Below, one piece after another: positions 24,491-38,000 of a stretch of DNA of 64,000 bases. Position 1 is the stretch's first letter; each line of letters opens with the position of its first letter. The notes beneath the pieces were generated by a model that ran no database searches, was not told the DNA's origin, and was given only the letters and a program-made list of their open reading frames with translations. Position numbers and translations under genes: made by a program. Source of the stretch: Selaginella moellendorffii (taxonomy: Eukaryota > Plantae > Lycopodiophyta); assembly GCF_000143415.4 (NCBI RefSeq), contig NW_003314288.1:1855515-1919514 (forward strand), in the 5' to 3' direction.

Positions 24491-25744
24491 TCGGTTATAT
24501 TACCCTATAACTTCTCTTTGTCACTATCTTGTATACAAACTAGATGAGTGAGTTTCTGAATCTATGCTAATTCTTTAATTACTTGATGTAAGCAACCAAA
24601 GGGAACAACTCGAAAGACGATCCATATAAGTTCAAATATAGAAGGAATAAAAATGCACCCTTTTTTCCAATTGGTTAATGATCTTGGGATATTTAGGGTT
24701 AAATGTCCTTGGGTTTACGAAGTTGGGTGACCTCTTGGGAAATCTAAATTTAAGAGTTCACACTTGAATTTCATCATAAATTTGACCTCATAAATCAATT
24801 CCTTCACCTAATATGCTTGTAGGTTATTGATTTATAATGATAACAGCTCCAGCTCTAGTTCTCCTATAGGACCCTACACCATTTTATTTAATTCTAGTCA
24901 TAGAAAGAGATAAGAAGAGTTTTTCACCAAAAACTACTCTAATGACTATGGTTGGGATAGTCTCTCAAACCTAAAGGTGTTTGTACAAAATCAAGAGCTT
25001 AAAGTTATCCAATGCTTGTAAAACAAATGTCTTCAATTGCGCTCGCTTACTATAGCAATATAGCTACTGCCATAAGAGCCAACTTCTCACATATTAAAAC
25101 TCAATATAAAACTTGAAAATTGAATTGATTTTGCACACTCTGTAAAAATGGAGAGATCTTACTGATTCCTAGCTGGGGCATCCTACAAAGATGAGTGGAA
25201 GAGATGCAAGCACGCTCTAAAATTCTATAATGCCTATATGAAGCACATGAAGTGACACTAGCAATGAATGGTGAATGGTGGTGTGTTTTCAGTCGTTTCA
25301 GATTGATTATACGCTATGGTTTGCAGGTGGAATGAAAAATCTCAAACAAAACATCCACACATGGTTTTTTGTGTTCCTTTGGGCACATAATATACCAACA
25401 TATTATAGAATATATGCTGCTTGGAACTCACTGTTGGGAGCTTACAGCAAACACTCTCACCCTGCTCATCGGAAATGAATAGCAGTTTTCTTTAGTTCTT
25501 TCTCCAAAATCTTGCAAATTATAGTGCTCAATGGTTGGCCTTTAATGGTGCAAATGGCAGCAACTAGTGCTCATGCTTGGTCTCACTGCTTGCTTCTATG
25601 GCCTCTCATGCTTGGTCATGCACTAAATCATTCTGAGGATGGTGGTGAAACCATGGTTATCCACGTTAAGGTGTTAACATTATTCTGCCATTAGAGCTTT
25701 AGGTTGCCCCCTTTATTTGCTCAATCTATTGCTCCTCTTTCTCT

Positions 25745-25844
25745 NNNNNNNNNNNNNNNNNNNNNNNNNNNNNNNNNNNNNNNNNNNNNNNNNNNNNNNN
25801 NNNNNNNNNNNNNNNNNNNNNNNNNNNNNNNNNNNNNNNNNNNN
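25745..25844. other. Assembly gap (100 N)
   Basis: Run of N characters. Confidence 1.
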
Positions 25845-26559
25845 CATCACAATGGAGCTAAAGAAAATTTGGAAAGGAGGCTTGTGGCAAACTTCCAACT
25901 CATATTTGCTTCACATCCAACCAAAGCTAGAGTACACCAGCAAAAACTCTCAAGGATCCCCTATTTATCGTGCCAAAGCATTGCTGCTCACAACAATAGA
26001 ATCACCCTAGACTCACATGCATTACAATTGTTGAACCCTTGCCTTCCCCCTTGGGCCAGTCACCTGGCTGCCTAAATATCCATAATATATAACTAACAAC
26101 CATGGCTAAGCTTATTATAGTTAAGTTGGATTCAAATGGTTTATGAATGGCTGCTGGAATATATAATAAATTGCTATGTGTTGCATGTAGCAATGCTTAA
26201 TTTGTTTAATAGTAGTGTTATTCTTATTTATTAATCCAATTGATCAAATAAATTTTACAATTATAACCATGTTTGTAATTTATAAAAACAAGATTAATCT
26301 TATTGCATATCAACCATTAGATGATAGAATAAAAAATAATATACTAGAAAGGGTTTAAGAAAATTTATAAATTATAAATATGTTTATAAATTATAAATAA
26401 AAGATTAATCTAAATAAATAACAACCGTTAAATGGTAAAATATTCTAGTACCATCTCAATCCGGTTTACTTAAGCAAACAAAAAATGAAGAGCTAGTTAA
26501 ATATTTATAATCTAACTTCTTTTGAACTATATAGGGTTTCGTAGTTTTAGGAAATGGAT

Positions 26560-27445
26560 TCAAGGTGCCTTTTGACGTGCTCCATTTTTATTAAATGGAA
26601 TTTAGGCTATCAAATAAATAAGCTTCAATTGCGTCCTTTTTGGTGTCGAAGGATGTGAGCCATAGCACTTTTAAAATTTCTTCTGCAGTGCTTGCGTGGG
26701 TCAGCCGTAATACGTGCTTCAGGTCTTTAGGTGATTATTTAGAAAGTCTATATTGAAGTTTCTATTTTCAGGTCGGTTCTTTGCATGAAAAACTAGATTT
26801 TCTGTCAACGTTTTGGAGAGATTGTCAGCGGTTTGAGTTATGTTGTTGCTTCCTATGCACTTCATGGAACAAAAACATAAATACTTTTTTGTGGAAGAAA
26901 CTGTTCTAAGCAGACGAAAAACGCATACAAGAAAAAGTCGCCAGCTCACGAAAGTTTCTGTCAGCTTCGTCAGAGAATCCGGGGGAAGGTTTAAATAATG
27001 TTGAGAAAATGCAGGGAATAGCGGCAATTGCCGGCTACATTGTGATGGAAAAATGTCTCCGGAAACCACAGCCGGGGAATCTCGCTCCCGAGGCAAAACC
27101 AAACTGGACATTGCACTACGAGCTTTGACTGAGTTGCCTTTTCTTAGCATGCTTTCTCATGGAGGTGAAGAAACTTTCGTTTGATAGGCACTATGTTCTC
27201 AGCCTGGACGCGCTACAAGTGGGAATACCATGGCCGTGAAACTATTTATCGAACAAGATGGGTTTATACCTTTTTTTTAACACTTAAGTTCGTTCGTAAG
27301 GCAGAAGAGAGCTACCTGCAATTATCAATATAGAAGTTGTTATCTCTGAGCAGAGCTCCCATGCTAGCTTGTTCCCACTAGAGGAAGGAACTTTCTGTAT
27401 AGCTGGAGCTTACTTTGTTTATGGGAAGGGTGTGCACACAATGTT
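26560..27445 (+). pseudogene. Rearranged, deletion-riddled partial copy of separase (source about 17200-18400)
   Basis: Blocks match the reverse complement of 18320->17200, e.g. TTTTCAGGTCGGTTCTTTGCATGAAAAACTAG and GCCTGGACGCGCTACAAGTGGGAATA, including intron sequence. Segment about 26841-26980 is inverted. Confidence 0.9.
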
Positions 27446-28061
27446 TGCACTACAGCCTCATGTCCGATGCGTGCATTCTGCCTGTACTGGCGAACGAATT
27501 TGCGCAAGCCGCTGTCCTCCAGATCCAAGCTTTGTGAAGATATCAAGTTTTGCAAGCTGCTATGTCGGACAGATCTCCCTGAAACGAGGCTGCACAAACT
27601 GTGTCAAATATTATTCTTAAAGATACATCTGTAAACACTAAAAGTTCAGTCATAAACAAGCCTGGAACATATTGAAATTAATGAGGTTGAAGCCGTAAGA
27701 GATTTCTTTTATAAAACGATCAAATTATAATATTTTTCTGCGCATTGGACGTTGGTTTGTTTGTTTATTTAAATATTATCTGCATGTAAATAATTTTAAA
27801 AAATATTAATTATACTCGTTGACTTCTTCTTACATCTTTACGAAAAGAACATGTTAGATATTTTACAATGCTCCATGGGGCCTTCTACATTGTTAGTGAC
27901 ATTGAGTATCAGATCAACCGATCATTTGGGTAACCCGAAATTTCAATCCAGAATATACCTTTCAGTTTTGAATTTAAAATGAGATGGAGCCTGAGTGTTT
28001 GCCTAGGTCGTACTCTGTGTTCTCTCTTCTCTGTTCTATTCTGGGGCCTTCGAAGCTACAC

Positions 28062-28283
28062 ATGGCTGGATTCAGGAACTGCGGCCTCCAGCTTAGCGTG
28101 GTTCTCTTAGTGCTTATGGTCCTGCTCACATGGCCAATTGCAGATGGTGCTCATGCTCCTGCTCCAGGTCCCCAAATTCACCATGCTCCAGGTCCCATGA
28201 GCGCAGGACTTGCAGAATGCGCGCCCTCTTGGATCAGTATTGCTGTGGTTCTGATGGGTTTTGCGGTTATGCGAATTGCCTGA
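28062..28283 (+). CDS. Arabinogalactan peptide (AG-peptide), putative GPI anchor
   Basis: Signal peptide, short AHAPAPGP...HAPGPMS core, SAG omega-like site and hydrophobic C-terminus; 73 aa. Confidence 0.8.
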   Translation: MAGFRNCGLQLSVVLLVLMVLLTWPIADGAHAPAPGPQIHHAPGPMSAGLAECAPSWISIAVVLMGFAVMRIA

Positions 28284-28793
28284 AGGAGAAGCCTGTAAAG
28301 CTCTGTGTGTTCTGTAACGATTGATACTGCTATTGTGTGCATTTGCCAATAAATAGATCGAGCCGAGCGCTCTTCTTGCAGCTGTAAATCTCAGTCTTGT
28401 TAGTCAATGCATGCAAGGCACATGGTGAAAAGATGAGCGTTCCTTGTGTTGAAGTTGATGACTAAGTCTCAGCAGGATATTCGCTCACCTTCATAAAGTT
28501 GAGCGAATATCGCTCACCTTCACAAGGTTGCTCTCAGGAATCTGGTAGAAGAATTGTTGCAACTCTGTGCGAGTCTTCTAGATGAGTGGCTTTGACCTAC
28601 TTGTGATCTACTAGAGGGACACTTTGCATCCTAGGGCCCATGCTGAGGACCAAAAACAAAACTATATAGCTGTCATGCGTGATATTACGTCTAAACCTGC
28701 TCTAAACTTCCAGTGGGAAATTTGGAAAAAAGGTTGACTGGTCCTTCTAAAAGTCCTTCTAGGGCTTTTCACTTTTAACGAATGAAGTGAAAG

Positions 28794-30037
28794 GATTGCC
28801 CATATCTCGACACGGTCAAGCAGCAGGCACTGGATTTTGATTTCGAGGGGTGTTGCTCGGTCTCCCTGTCCAAGCAAAATGTCTATGGATGCCTGGTTTG
28901 CAGCAAATACTTCCAGGGGAGAGGACCAAACACCCATGCCTACATGCACAGCCTTGAAGCTAGCCACCATATCTTCATCAACCTGGAGAGTGAGAAAGTC
29001 TACTGCCTCCCTAAGGGATATGAGGTTGACGACCCAATGCTAAATGACATTTGATGTGTTCTAAATCCTAGGTTTGAAAGTTGGCAGCTCTTGCAAATTG
29101 ATAGTAACAACTTGTGGAATAAGGTTTGGATGGTTATTCATTTCAGCGAAGTTTAAATAATATCAATAACACCAATTATGCCAATGTTATTACGAAAATA
29201 ATACCACTCTGAGATTTCTTCCTGGTCCAAGAGAATTGCATAAGCTTTACTACGTCCCGGCTTGTCCACACCTTTGGTGAGTTGACAAGGAGGATCTGGA
29301 ACATGAGGAGCTTCAAGTGTCACATAAGTCCCCACGAGTTCATGCAAGCGGTAGCGGTTTGGCATTGGGAAGCCCTCAGATCCTGTGCGCTTCTGGCTCC
29401 TGGACGCCCTCCACAGAGATCTCGGCGGCACCAAGATCCCCAACAGCAGCATCGTCTTCCAGTGCTTCCAAGGCGAGCTCGAAGAGACCACGGTGATCCC
29501 GACCAGAACTCACAAGCCGGAGGTTCGTTGCGTACCATTTCTAGGCCTCGGACTCGACTTGCCACCGCCACCGCTGTTCAAGGATCCAATACAGGGGAAA
29601 ATCATCCCACGAGTCCCACTCGCGACGCTCTTGAGGAAGTTTGATGGAGAGACCGTGACCGATTGTCTGAGGCCACAGCCAGCACAGAAGCGCTACCGGG
29701 TGACAAGGCTAGCAATGAACCTCTTGCTCCATATGGGACGTTTCGCCACCAAGAAGTTCGAAAATTGCAAGAGGATACCTCATCAACTTTCCAGAGAAGA
29801 ACTTGGAGCTGAGAGACCAAATCCCACTGCCTGATCGTCACAGTGGATCGAAGTATGACCTCGTTGCCACCCGATGGCACAGCCATGTCCGGTTCGTATC
29901 GAGCTCTTGTCCACAGCAAATGCGAGGGTGCGTGGTACCAGATCCAAGACCTGTGTCTGGAAAGTATACTGCCGCAACTAGTTGCGTTGTTCGAGCCTTA
30001 CATGCAGATCTACGAGCAGCAACCAGTCCCAAGTTAG
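28794..30037 (+). pseudogene. USP39/Sad1 (U4/U6.U5 tri-snRNP-associated protein 2) pseudogene
   Basis: DCPYLDTV..LDFDFE..CSVSLS..NVYGCLVCSKYFQGRG ZnF-UBP, SPHEFMQAV, LDLPPPPLFKD and WYQIQDL...YMQIYEQ; several stops, frameshifts and deletions; no introns seen. Confidence 0.9.
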
Positions 30038-30136
30038 GTGATGTTGTAAACTGTCTCAAACCTTGATAACATTTTTGTACTGCTTCTTCTGTACCGATGA
30101 ATGAGCATAGCTGTGTTGATCCAGCCCAAGGCAGCT

Positions 30137-31860
30137 TCACATATCCCAAAACTTTGAGCTCTCTGATCCGGCAGCTTGGTCCGTGGATTCCGTGCAGTTC
30201 GAAAAATCTCTGTATGAGAGGAGCCGCGTGGTGCTTGATGAGGTTGCGATTGCAAGTCTGGGACCTTGACTTGCTAGAGCGGTCGTGCAAGACCCCTGGT
30301 CGAAGCTTGATACCAGAGTCCCATGGTTAGAATCCCAGACGTTTACCACAGTGTCGTCGGGGCCTGCAGTGACAACTTTAACGTCGTCAAGGTGAAGGAA
30401 GTGCACGGGGCTGTCGTGGCCGCAGAGTTCTGCGAGAGCCTGATGGTTGCTTCTAGTGTCCCATAGCTTGCAAGTCCTTGAAAAGAAAAATCAAACTTCT
30501 GAATTAATTTCGGTTGATTGATACCTGTCGTTGCCTCCAGTGCACAGAAGCTTTCCTGAAGAAGATAGCGCAGTAGCACAGATTCCACCGGGGTGATCAA
30601 TCGTCGCAACAGTTTTCATCGTTCTTAGATCAAGCGCTGCAACGGTAGAGCCTCCTGAAGCGTAGCAAATGGACTGGAACGACTTGAGACTCGTCAAGGA
30701 AGCGGGACCTTTGGCAGCTCCAACGCAAGTTGCCGTATTTGTGTCCCATACTCGCAGCTGTGACGCAAATTTAGCCATGAAAGAGCACATTTTTTTTGCT
30801 CACCTTTGAGTCTTTGGCTCCACTAACCATGATACAAGGATTGTGCCTGGAAAAGAAAAAGACAAAAAGAATCGTGAAACGATTGTCAAGAATCAACATT
30901 CTTACCCAGCTACTGCCAAGTCTTTAATATATGATTCGTGACCATATAACGTTGTTAGTAATGGTGTTCGGCCGCCATTGAAATTCCATAGTTTCACAGT
31001 GCTGTCCATGCCACCGGAAGCAATTACCGTTGCTTGTCCAAGAAGCCTGTCTGCAATAACGCTGACCCCATCAGAGTGACCTCTAAGAGTTCTCAAGCTT
31101 CGACCCTGTGTGTTTGAAGTGATACAAGGAAAGACAATCGAGGAAAAAAAAAGATACCTTTCCCCATATACGAATGGTATGATCAGCACTGCATGTAGCT
31201 AAAATGTTGTCTCCAATGAAGTAATTGCGAAGTCCACCTACAGGAAATAATCTGAGCCATGACAAAGAATTAAAACTAGAAAGGAAAAACAACGTGACGA
31301 TCAACTACACACCTCATGCAGTTAATTCTGGCGCTATGATCATTGAGAACTTTCAACCCAGATGAACTGAGCATTACAACTAGAACTTCCGAGCCCTGAG
31401 GAGAAAAGTGGAAACCAAAGGTTTTTAAAGAAGTGCAAAGTTGCGCCTTACTCGAGCTGCTACAATGGCATCTTCGTGGATCAAAATCTGCTTGACCATC
31501 GTCGGTAGCGAAAGTTTCCACTCGAAAGGATCCCTGAATCGAAACTGCTGACACGCAATGAGCCTGCCGAGGTAATCATCTCTTCCACCGAGAAACTCAA
31601 ACAATCCGGAAGTAGTTTGCTTGGCCGGCCAGCGGATTCTAGATGGAAGAAAGCTAGGATAAGCTAGAATTCGTCTAAGATAAGCTACAATTCGCTGCTT
31701 ACCGGCATTGGCGTTCCCAAAGGGGATCGGCGTAGGCGATTTGTCGAAGGCGCTTGCATGACATCGCCAAATGTGAGAGATCTCTGAGATCGAGCGACCC
31801 CGCGCAGAGCAATAGAGGGTCCGAGGGAAGATCCAAAAGCTCAGTGGGAGACGACTCCAT
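30137..31860 (-). CDS. F-box/WD40-repeat protein, multi-exon
   Basis: N-terminal F-box (LLDLPSDPLLLCAGSLDLRDLSHLAMSCKRLRQIA); WD40 repeats (LRGHSDGV...SGGMDSTVKLWN, LYGHESY, TAGPDDTVVNVWD). Confidence 0.9.
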
Positions 31861-32049
31861 TGAAGGGCAAAACCCTAATCAGACATGGTGTGATAAGGGT
31901 TTCTAGATACTACCCAATGTGTGCGCGACGCGTGGCTTTGGCGGGCAAGGGTTGGCGCGTAACTGCTAATTGAAAAAAAGAAATCAGGGTTTCCGTTAAA
32001 GATTTTAGCTGGAGCTGAGAGCTAGGGCTCGTCCAACGCTGCCGCGGCG

Positions 32050-35000
32050 ATGGCCAGGCGCTTGAGCGCCGGGGTGTTTGAGGCCGCCTCCAAGGCCGTG
32101 TCCAAGCTCACGGAGCGGTAAGATTTCCATTCCAAGAGAATGTAGCTTAGCGATTTGGTGTTCTTGGGGGCAGTGCACCAGATCCGGAGGAAGATCCGGA
32201 TTTCCTAGCTCGAAATCCCCGATGGGAAGATCAACTCCCTCCCATTCATGGTGTCGGGAAGCCACAGGATGACAAAGCGCAATCTACTGCCGCCTTGCTA
32301 GCTGCGCTCGAGAATCTTCCACGCGCTCCCGAGTCCTTGCCGAGGAAGAATTGGAAGAAGGCTTACAAGGCAGTCAAGCGCATACTGGTTTGTATCAGCT
32401 CAACTTTTTTGTTTCTTTCATCCATTCTTATTATTTCTTTGTTTCAGCTCATAAGAAGGAAGGCGAGAAGGAGTGCTGTAGGCACTGGAGCTCGGATGGA
32501 GGGTCATGCTCTAGGGTTTTGGAGTCCTTACAGCTCTGTTCGCCTCAATCTCTTCATGTTTCTTCACTGCCAGTACGTTACTGCTCGCGTTTTCTTGTTG
32601 GTGGTTGCTTACACTGTTTGCAGAAAAGCGGAATACTTCCTCTGCTTTCTCATATTTTCACATATCATAGTGCTGATTTTCCAAGTAAAGGTCGGGCACA
32701 GAGGTGAAAGGTGGACGGAAATACGAGACTTCAACCTCGATTTTCTGGATGGGTTTATTACCGCACTTTACACGTACGTCTAAGCGACTGAAGACTTAGC
32801 GTTATTGTGTGATTTCCTACAGGTTGGAGATGGCTTTGAAGATTTGCTGTCTGGGGCTTTACCAGAAAAGCCACTGCTACCTTCGGAATCCGTATAACAG
32901 GCTTGATTTTGCGGTCGTTGTCGACTCCTGGTACTTGCAACTTCTCTTCCTTTTCCTTTCCACAAGCATGCTTTAGTATTATCCGAGTTACAGGATTCAT
33001 ATCATTGTTAGAGGCATAACTGGAAAGGACTTCTTTGCACGAGTTGCAGTTTTCCGTGCATTTCGAGGCCTCCTCGCATTGAAGCATATCACCTTTTTCG
33101 CGGATGTCATTGTATGCTGCCGTTTTGTGTACATGTCAGCTTCATCGATGATGTAATAGCTAGCAATTGTGTTTTTTTCTTGTTCTTTACAGTCTATCAT
33201 GGCAGCCGTTAAGAGGAGTGTTGGCCCGCTTCAAAATGTCATACTGCTGACATTCTTTATGCTGGTCTTTTACGCGCTACTTGGGACTCAGTTTTTGCAA
33301 AAAACTATGTCTCAAAGGTATAAGAGTTTTGATGAAGTCCATTTCATGAAAGCTGTCTTGTAGGTGCTTGCGGACAACCGATTTACGGCTATCATATCCA
33401 GAACGCTTCTGTGACAAGAAGGTCATTGATGGATACATCTGCCCTTCTAATCAGAAGTGTAAGGTGAGGTTTGGAATGCTCCCAAGCTGTCACTTATAAC
33501 GTTGTCTTTACAGGTATACGGAAATCCTAACTTTGGATGTACAAGTTTTGATTACCTCTGGTGGTCTCTACTTACTATGTTTCAGGTTTGTTTCTGTTTA
33601 TGGAGAAAGGAATTTTCAGTTGGTATTCCAAAGTAAATGATTTACTTACAGTAAACATTTTCAGATCGTATCCTTGGAGGGATGGAGCCTCATTATGTAC
33701 CGCGTGAAGGATGCCGAAGGAGAACGAGCTAGTAATATCTTCGACTTGCCGGGTTTAGCTATGCTAATACTTGCAATGCAGATTCATATTTTATGACCTT
33801 AGTAGTCATTGGCACGTATTTTCTTTGCAACGTGTTCATTGCGGGAATAAGTGGCGTTTTCCTTCGGGTCAGGGCAGAACATCAGGCATGGTTCTTTTGT
33901 ATTGTTTATGTCTTTCTAATTCGTCTTCGTATAGGCGCTTTTGAAAAAATCTCGTAAAAACCAGACTTCCTTTTACAATGCAACGGTGATGGCTGATATA
34001 CTCAAGGACGATATTATAAAAGACGAAGCGAATATGAAGTGGCATTTACGTATTCTGAACAGATCCAAGAAAGTCAAAAGGAGTGTCTTCCGAGCTTTAA
34101 GTCGTACTCAGTCATCTATGAGAGATGCTTTTCATGCTACTTCGTTCCGTATGAGCCGGATAGGCTCAGAACGATATAACCGGTCGTTAAGTCGAAGCGT
34201 AACGATGGGAGTTAGAGCAGCCGCATCTATCTCTGAACAATCTCGTGCCATCGTACAACATCCAAGTTTTGACTGGGGGGTGCTGTTGGCTGTTACAGTT
34301 AACGCGGTTGTTTTATGTTTGTACAGGTATGGCATGTCGAAGGATCTCTTATATATACTCTGTATCCACATTGCTGTTTGCTTCTTGCTTTTCACTTTGC
34401 TGGCCCTTAACTTGACAACTTTAGATGGCATTCAAGCTGTGCTTCTTGTCACTTTTGCCGCCGAGTTGCTACTGCGATTTCTTGCTTTCGGCCCGCCCAC
34501 ATTTTACGAGGACAGTACGTGACGTTCACATTCTCCGTGCCTCAGTGTTTGATCTTGATTGTGGTTGCAGAGATGAACATGGTAGATCTGTTTGTTGTAG
34601 CGGTCTCTGCTGGAGCTCTGGTTTCACGAGCGTATCCAAATATCAGCGCGTTTCGAATTATGCGATGGTTCTACCTGTCAAAGAAATACGTTGACAAGCA
34701 TCCTTCCGTTGTGGTGAGTTTTCTGACCTGGGGTGTGCATTTGACTGTTTTTTGTGACGTTCTAGGCCACTTGCATAAGCGCTGTTGGCTCACTGGTTGG
34801 CGTATTCTTTTTCTATGTGCTTGTTATAGTTATAATGTCTATCATAAGCATGGAACTGTTTAGCGGTCAGTATTATAAGTTTGCGGATGGCTATCCTCGT
34901 GCACACCACGATTCTATGCTCCAGACTATGCTTCTGTGGTTCTCGGTAACCACCGCTGAAGGCTGGCCGAATCAAATGTGGAACTCCATGCGACCCGGGG

Positions 35001-38000
35001 TGCTATATAAGTACGTTGCCTTGATCACTTGTAGTCAAATTCTTATGAGTGTTGTTTATGTGCAGCGGAGTGGCGCCCTTTCTTTACGTTTTCTACTTCG
35101 TTTTAACAGTCCATATTATTATGAACCTCATCATTGCCGTTCTACTGGAGAAAAACGAGCTTACAGACAACCAGAAGAAGCAAATACAAAGGGTACGTCG
35201 GCTCAAGCTCTTGACAAAGACGTATTCTGTGACATTTTCCTGCAGACAGAGCACATGAGGTTGATCAGGCGCATGCAAAGCAGAGTTTTCACGAGAAGTG
35301 GAAGCTGGGTTGTTGGTGCGGTCGAAGGAATGAAAACAGGTCTTGGAAATCTGGCGTATCGAGTTTTAAGCATGAACGTTAGACCTGTGAAAACGCAAAG
35401 CAAGAAGCAAAAACATCGTTCTCGACGCAAGGACCGGGACTCTGGCAAAGGACAGGATAATCTGGAGGCAGTGTCTACTGCAGCTGCAGAGCAAACCAGT
35501 GCCAGCTCGACTGAGCCGCAAAGACGACGCAGCCGGAATTCTCAGATTTTGCAAGCTTCTGGATTTCCCCCTAACATTGGAGAGAAGCGAGGGTCGAGAA
35601 CTGCACTTGAGGATGCTGTGTTAACTCTTGCCGACATCACTAAGCCTCCGTCCTTCAAATCTCCCAGCTTGCTTCTTAGCAGAGACATGAGCAGAAAAGG
35701 CTCGGGTAAAAGGCAGTCGTTCCAGTTATCGGACTATGAAGAGCTTGAAAAGAACATCGACAGCATCGAAAGGCCATGGTACCTGCATGAAGGCTCTCTT
35801 CTCTTGTTCGGAGAGAAGAGTCACCTGAGAAAGCATTGCAAAGCTATCGTCGAGAGCAAGTGGTGGGAATGGTTTTCTATAGCTTGGGTTGGCATAGGTA
35901 CGTGGATTGTCATCGAGATGCGGGCAACTGGGGAGCCGGTATTTGCACCCACTGCTATCAAAGTGCTGCACAAGCTTGTGCTTGTGGTAAGAGTCAAGCT
36001 ATATGTCTTCATTACTTAGACTCGAGTTGCAGGTTTTCATGCTGGAGCTGCTGCTCAAGGTTATAGCCAACGGTTTTATGTTCTCGCCGGATGCCGTCCT
36101 AAACGACCCGTACAACATCCTCGATATTTTCATTGTTATCATCGACGCGGTCAATCTTGCCACCTGGGGTGAGAAATCCAGAAGAGCTGTTCATGCCTTG
36201 ACGGCATTGCGGCCATTCCGCTTCATCAGTAGGATAAGTGGACTGCGCTCCTTAATGTCCAACCTGGTCAAGACGCTTCCTGCCATCATCGCTGTGCTGC
36301 TATTCACATTTATGCTCTTCGTGACTTTCGGCTCCATCGGGATCCAGCTCTTTCGAGGTCGTCTCTACTTTTGCAACGACAGCAGAATATCTCATCGAGC
36401 CTATTGCACCGGGCACTACTACAACAATGTTGGCGTTTACTCTCCGCGGGCCTGGGTAAATCCGAACTTCCACTTTGACGACATTGGTAATGCTTTTCTC
36501 TCTTTATTCGTCTGCTCTACCTTCGACAATTGGGTAACGAATTGGCTGTATCCAGCAATGGATATTGTTGGTGAAAACAAGCAGCCGCAACGGGACAACA
36601 GCCCGGCTTATGCCTTGTACTTCGTGGCGTTCTGCGTTTGCGGAGGATTTTTTATCATCAGGGTGTTCATCGGAGTTTTTATAAACGAGTTTGGAAAGAA
36701 TTCTGGGTCGCTGCTCTTGACGGAGAGGCAGAAGCTATGGCGGGACATGAACCGTATTATTCAGAAGCTAAAACCAGGGGCACTGCCACGACCACCGAAG
36801 AACTATATCAGAAAGCTGTGCTTCTATGCGATCCGGAACCGGCATTACCAGAACACTATGATTGTTTGCCTTCTTGGTTACTCTGGACTCTTGGCTACGA
36901 ACTATGCCGGCCAGCCAGCGTATGTATCCAATCGCCGCCAGAAAGCTCATTGCGCGCTCACTGCGTATTTTTTGATGGAGTCATTGACCAAGTTTCTCGG
37001 CGACGAGGTATAAAGCTGCGTGTTTTGTTTTTCTTTCTCATGAAACGTTGTTTTATTGCTGGTTTTGCAGTTTAGAGTTTACAGATACGAGTATTCAAGA
37101 CACATAGAGGCTGTGATTTCCATCTTAGCAGGGGCGGGATTGATGGGATTGAAGGGAACACCCAGGGGTTATGTTGGCCGGTTTGCTTACATTGCTCGGG
37201 TGTTTTGCATCATTCCTCACGTACCAAGAGCTCGGGTCATTATGAGAGTGATGTTCATATGCTGCCCGACTATAGGAGAGATCATGGCTCTTCTGGGGAT
37301 TTTCCTCTTCTTGTTCGCTGGAATCGGTTTCCAGATGTTCAGCCAAGTCGCGGATGGAGCTTGTATTGGTCCGCTGGTTAACTTCAAAACCTTTGTGAAT
37401 TCCTTCATTACCGTGTTTCAAGTAAGTTCGTTTGCATTTTAGTTCTGCTCGTGATTAGCTAATGCTTGTTTCATAGGTAACGACGCTTGACAACTGGTCG
37501 TGCATTATGGCCGACGCGATGCTGGGTACTCCAAAATGTACCGATGGCAACACCATGCTGAAGAACGACTGTGGTTATCCTTTTGCGGGAGTGATATACT
37601 TCGTCTGCTTGATCGTGGTGGCAAGCCACATCTTCATGAACCTGTTTGTAGCCGTGATTCTCGATGCCATCACTTTTGGATTGGTGAACGAGAATTCAAT
37701 GGTGACGCCGGAGCACCTTCTCGCGTTTAAGTCTCTATGGGCTGAATTGCCTTTCGATCCCGAGTAAGCATTTTACTTCGTTGATCAGGCTTCTCACTTT
37801 ACTTTGAGCAGGGCCACGGGTTATATTGGCATGCACAAGCTACGGCGTTTCGTAAACTCTCTAGGAATTCCTCTGGGACGTCGCTACAATGCCACCGTTC
37901 AATGGTGATCTAAACACTCATGTCAAGCTTCTCACTCTCCTACTCCCATTTCAGGTACCTGAGGATCGAGTTCGAGGTCATGAGCTTCCGGGTTCCAAAC

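Noticed and set aside
26250-26445. Degenerate AT-rich tandem duplication (about 110 bp)
   Set aside because: Real but low-complexity; no termini or function can be supported.
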